Virus record (IMG/VR): IMGVR_UViG_3300025013_000002
Coordinates: 1 to 64,000 of that record
Length of the DNA: 64,000 nt
Direction: 5' to 3' (one strand)
From: a virus
In this document: positions 63,459 through 64,000 of the stretch, in pieces
Layout: each line of letters opens with the position of its first letter
Numbering within the stretch: position 1 is the stretch's first letter
The notes under the pieces: model-generated
The model's input: the letters and a program-made list of their open reading frames with translations, nothing else
Database searches by the model: none
What the model was told of the DNA's origin: nothing
Made by a program: the position numbers and the translations under genes

Positions 63459-63897
63459 CATCGCAAAATGTGCCATCTGCTGCGACATCATCGAGTCCAC
63501 GTACCGCCACCATTTTATTACCTGCAAGTGTGGCGCGATCAGCCTGGATGGTGGAGATGATTATCAGAGAGGTGTAGGTGAGCCGAAGGATTTCCTTCAG
63601 CTTAGCGAAGAAGAAATCGCTGCGTGGGATTCGGTGCCTACTGGAAGGCTGGAGGATTGGGCTTACGTGGGTGGAGTCATCTACGGGGCCGTCTTCGACG
63701 ACAAGCTGAAGCGTTTTCGTGATGGAACCGAGATCCACACTTCCTCGGTGGCATCACCCGCGAAGGACCGGAAGGAGGGGAAGGTGATCCAGACCAGAGG
63801 TAGCACCTATTTACTAGGCAAAAAGTTCGAGCCGAGGAAGGATTGGACTGCTGAGGTCGTGGAGGTAGCGGCTGAGGTTGGAGTTGGTGCGTTTTAA
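63445..63897 (+). CDS. two-domain hypothetical protein with N-terminal zinc-binding module
   Basis: N.AKC..C.DIIES..RH.F..CKCGAI..DGG.DY.R, then G.V..D...RF.DG..I.TS......T..STY.L. Confidence 0.7.
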   Translation: MNSRNIAKCAICCDIIESTYRHHFITCKCGAISLDGGDDYQRGVGEPKDFLQLSEEEIAAWDSVPTGRLEDWAYVGGVIYGAVFDDKLKRFRDGTEIHTSSVASPAKDRKEGKVIQTRGSTYLLGKKFEPRKDWTAEVVEVAAEVGVGAF

Positions 63898-63900
63898 ATC

Positions 63901-63930
63901 AAAGCCCTTGGGTCTTCCCAAGGGCTTTTC
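63901..63930. terminator. intrinsic (possibly bidirectional) terminator
   Basis: AAAGCCCTTGGG-tctt-CCCAAGGGCTTTT. Confidence 0.85.
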
Positions 63931-64000
63931 GTTTATTCAAATTGCTCCCCAAATTTATCTGCGTCCTTCCTCTTTTGCTCCCTATCGACGAACGCATATT

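Noticed and set aside
1-64000. Genome-wide stop-codon reassignment
   Set aside because: All conserved enzymes are full length in the standard code and no suppressor tRNA is seen; the helicase-MTase in-frame TAG is the only suggestive case noticed.

Overview
64 kb of a large dsDNA bacteriophage genome with a T5-like replication gene order. No virion structural genes are present and the host cannot be named from the sequence. From about 56.3 kb leftwards nearly all genes are on the minus strand: an early/accessory region of many small, often acidic proteins (about 39-56 kb), then a regulation and nucleotide/RNA-metabolism block (serine recombinase, RHH and two MarR-like HTH proteins, SLT transglycosylase, ThyX, RtcB), then a replication/recombination block (SF2 helicase, DnaB-like helicase, DNA MTase, primase, family A polymerase, ATP-dependent ligase, 5'-3' exonuclease, Dda/RecD-like helicase, SSB candidate, SbcD/SbcC, RusA). 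From about 56.6 kb small genes run on the plus strand. The switch region (53.5-58.3 kb) is rich in palindromes and repeats. The most unusual observations are: (1) a roughly 490-nt densely base-paired non-coding region directly upstream of tRNA-Thr(UGU), a candidate large ncRNA; (2) two related dispersed palindromic motifs, AATTCA-N4-TGAAT(T) at promoters and gene junctions across the window (at least 20 copies) and AAGTGA-N4-TCACATTT next to the ribosome-binding sites of successive early genes (at least 14 copies); (3) several apparently dead enzyme paralogues (second DNA ligase, DnaC-like AAA+, prohead-protease-like protein, UDG-like polymerase domain); (4) three antisense sigma70-type promoters, two with a shared downstream sequence. 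All protein calls come from motif recognition by eye, not database searches.
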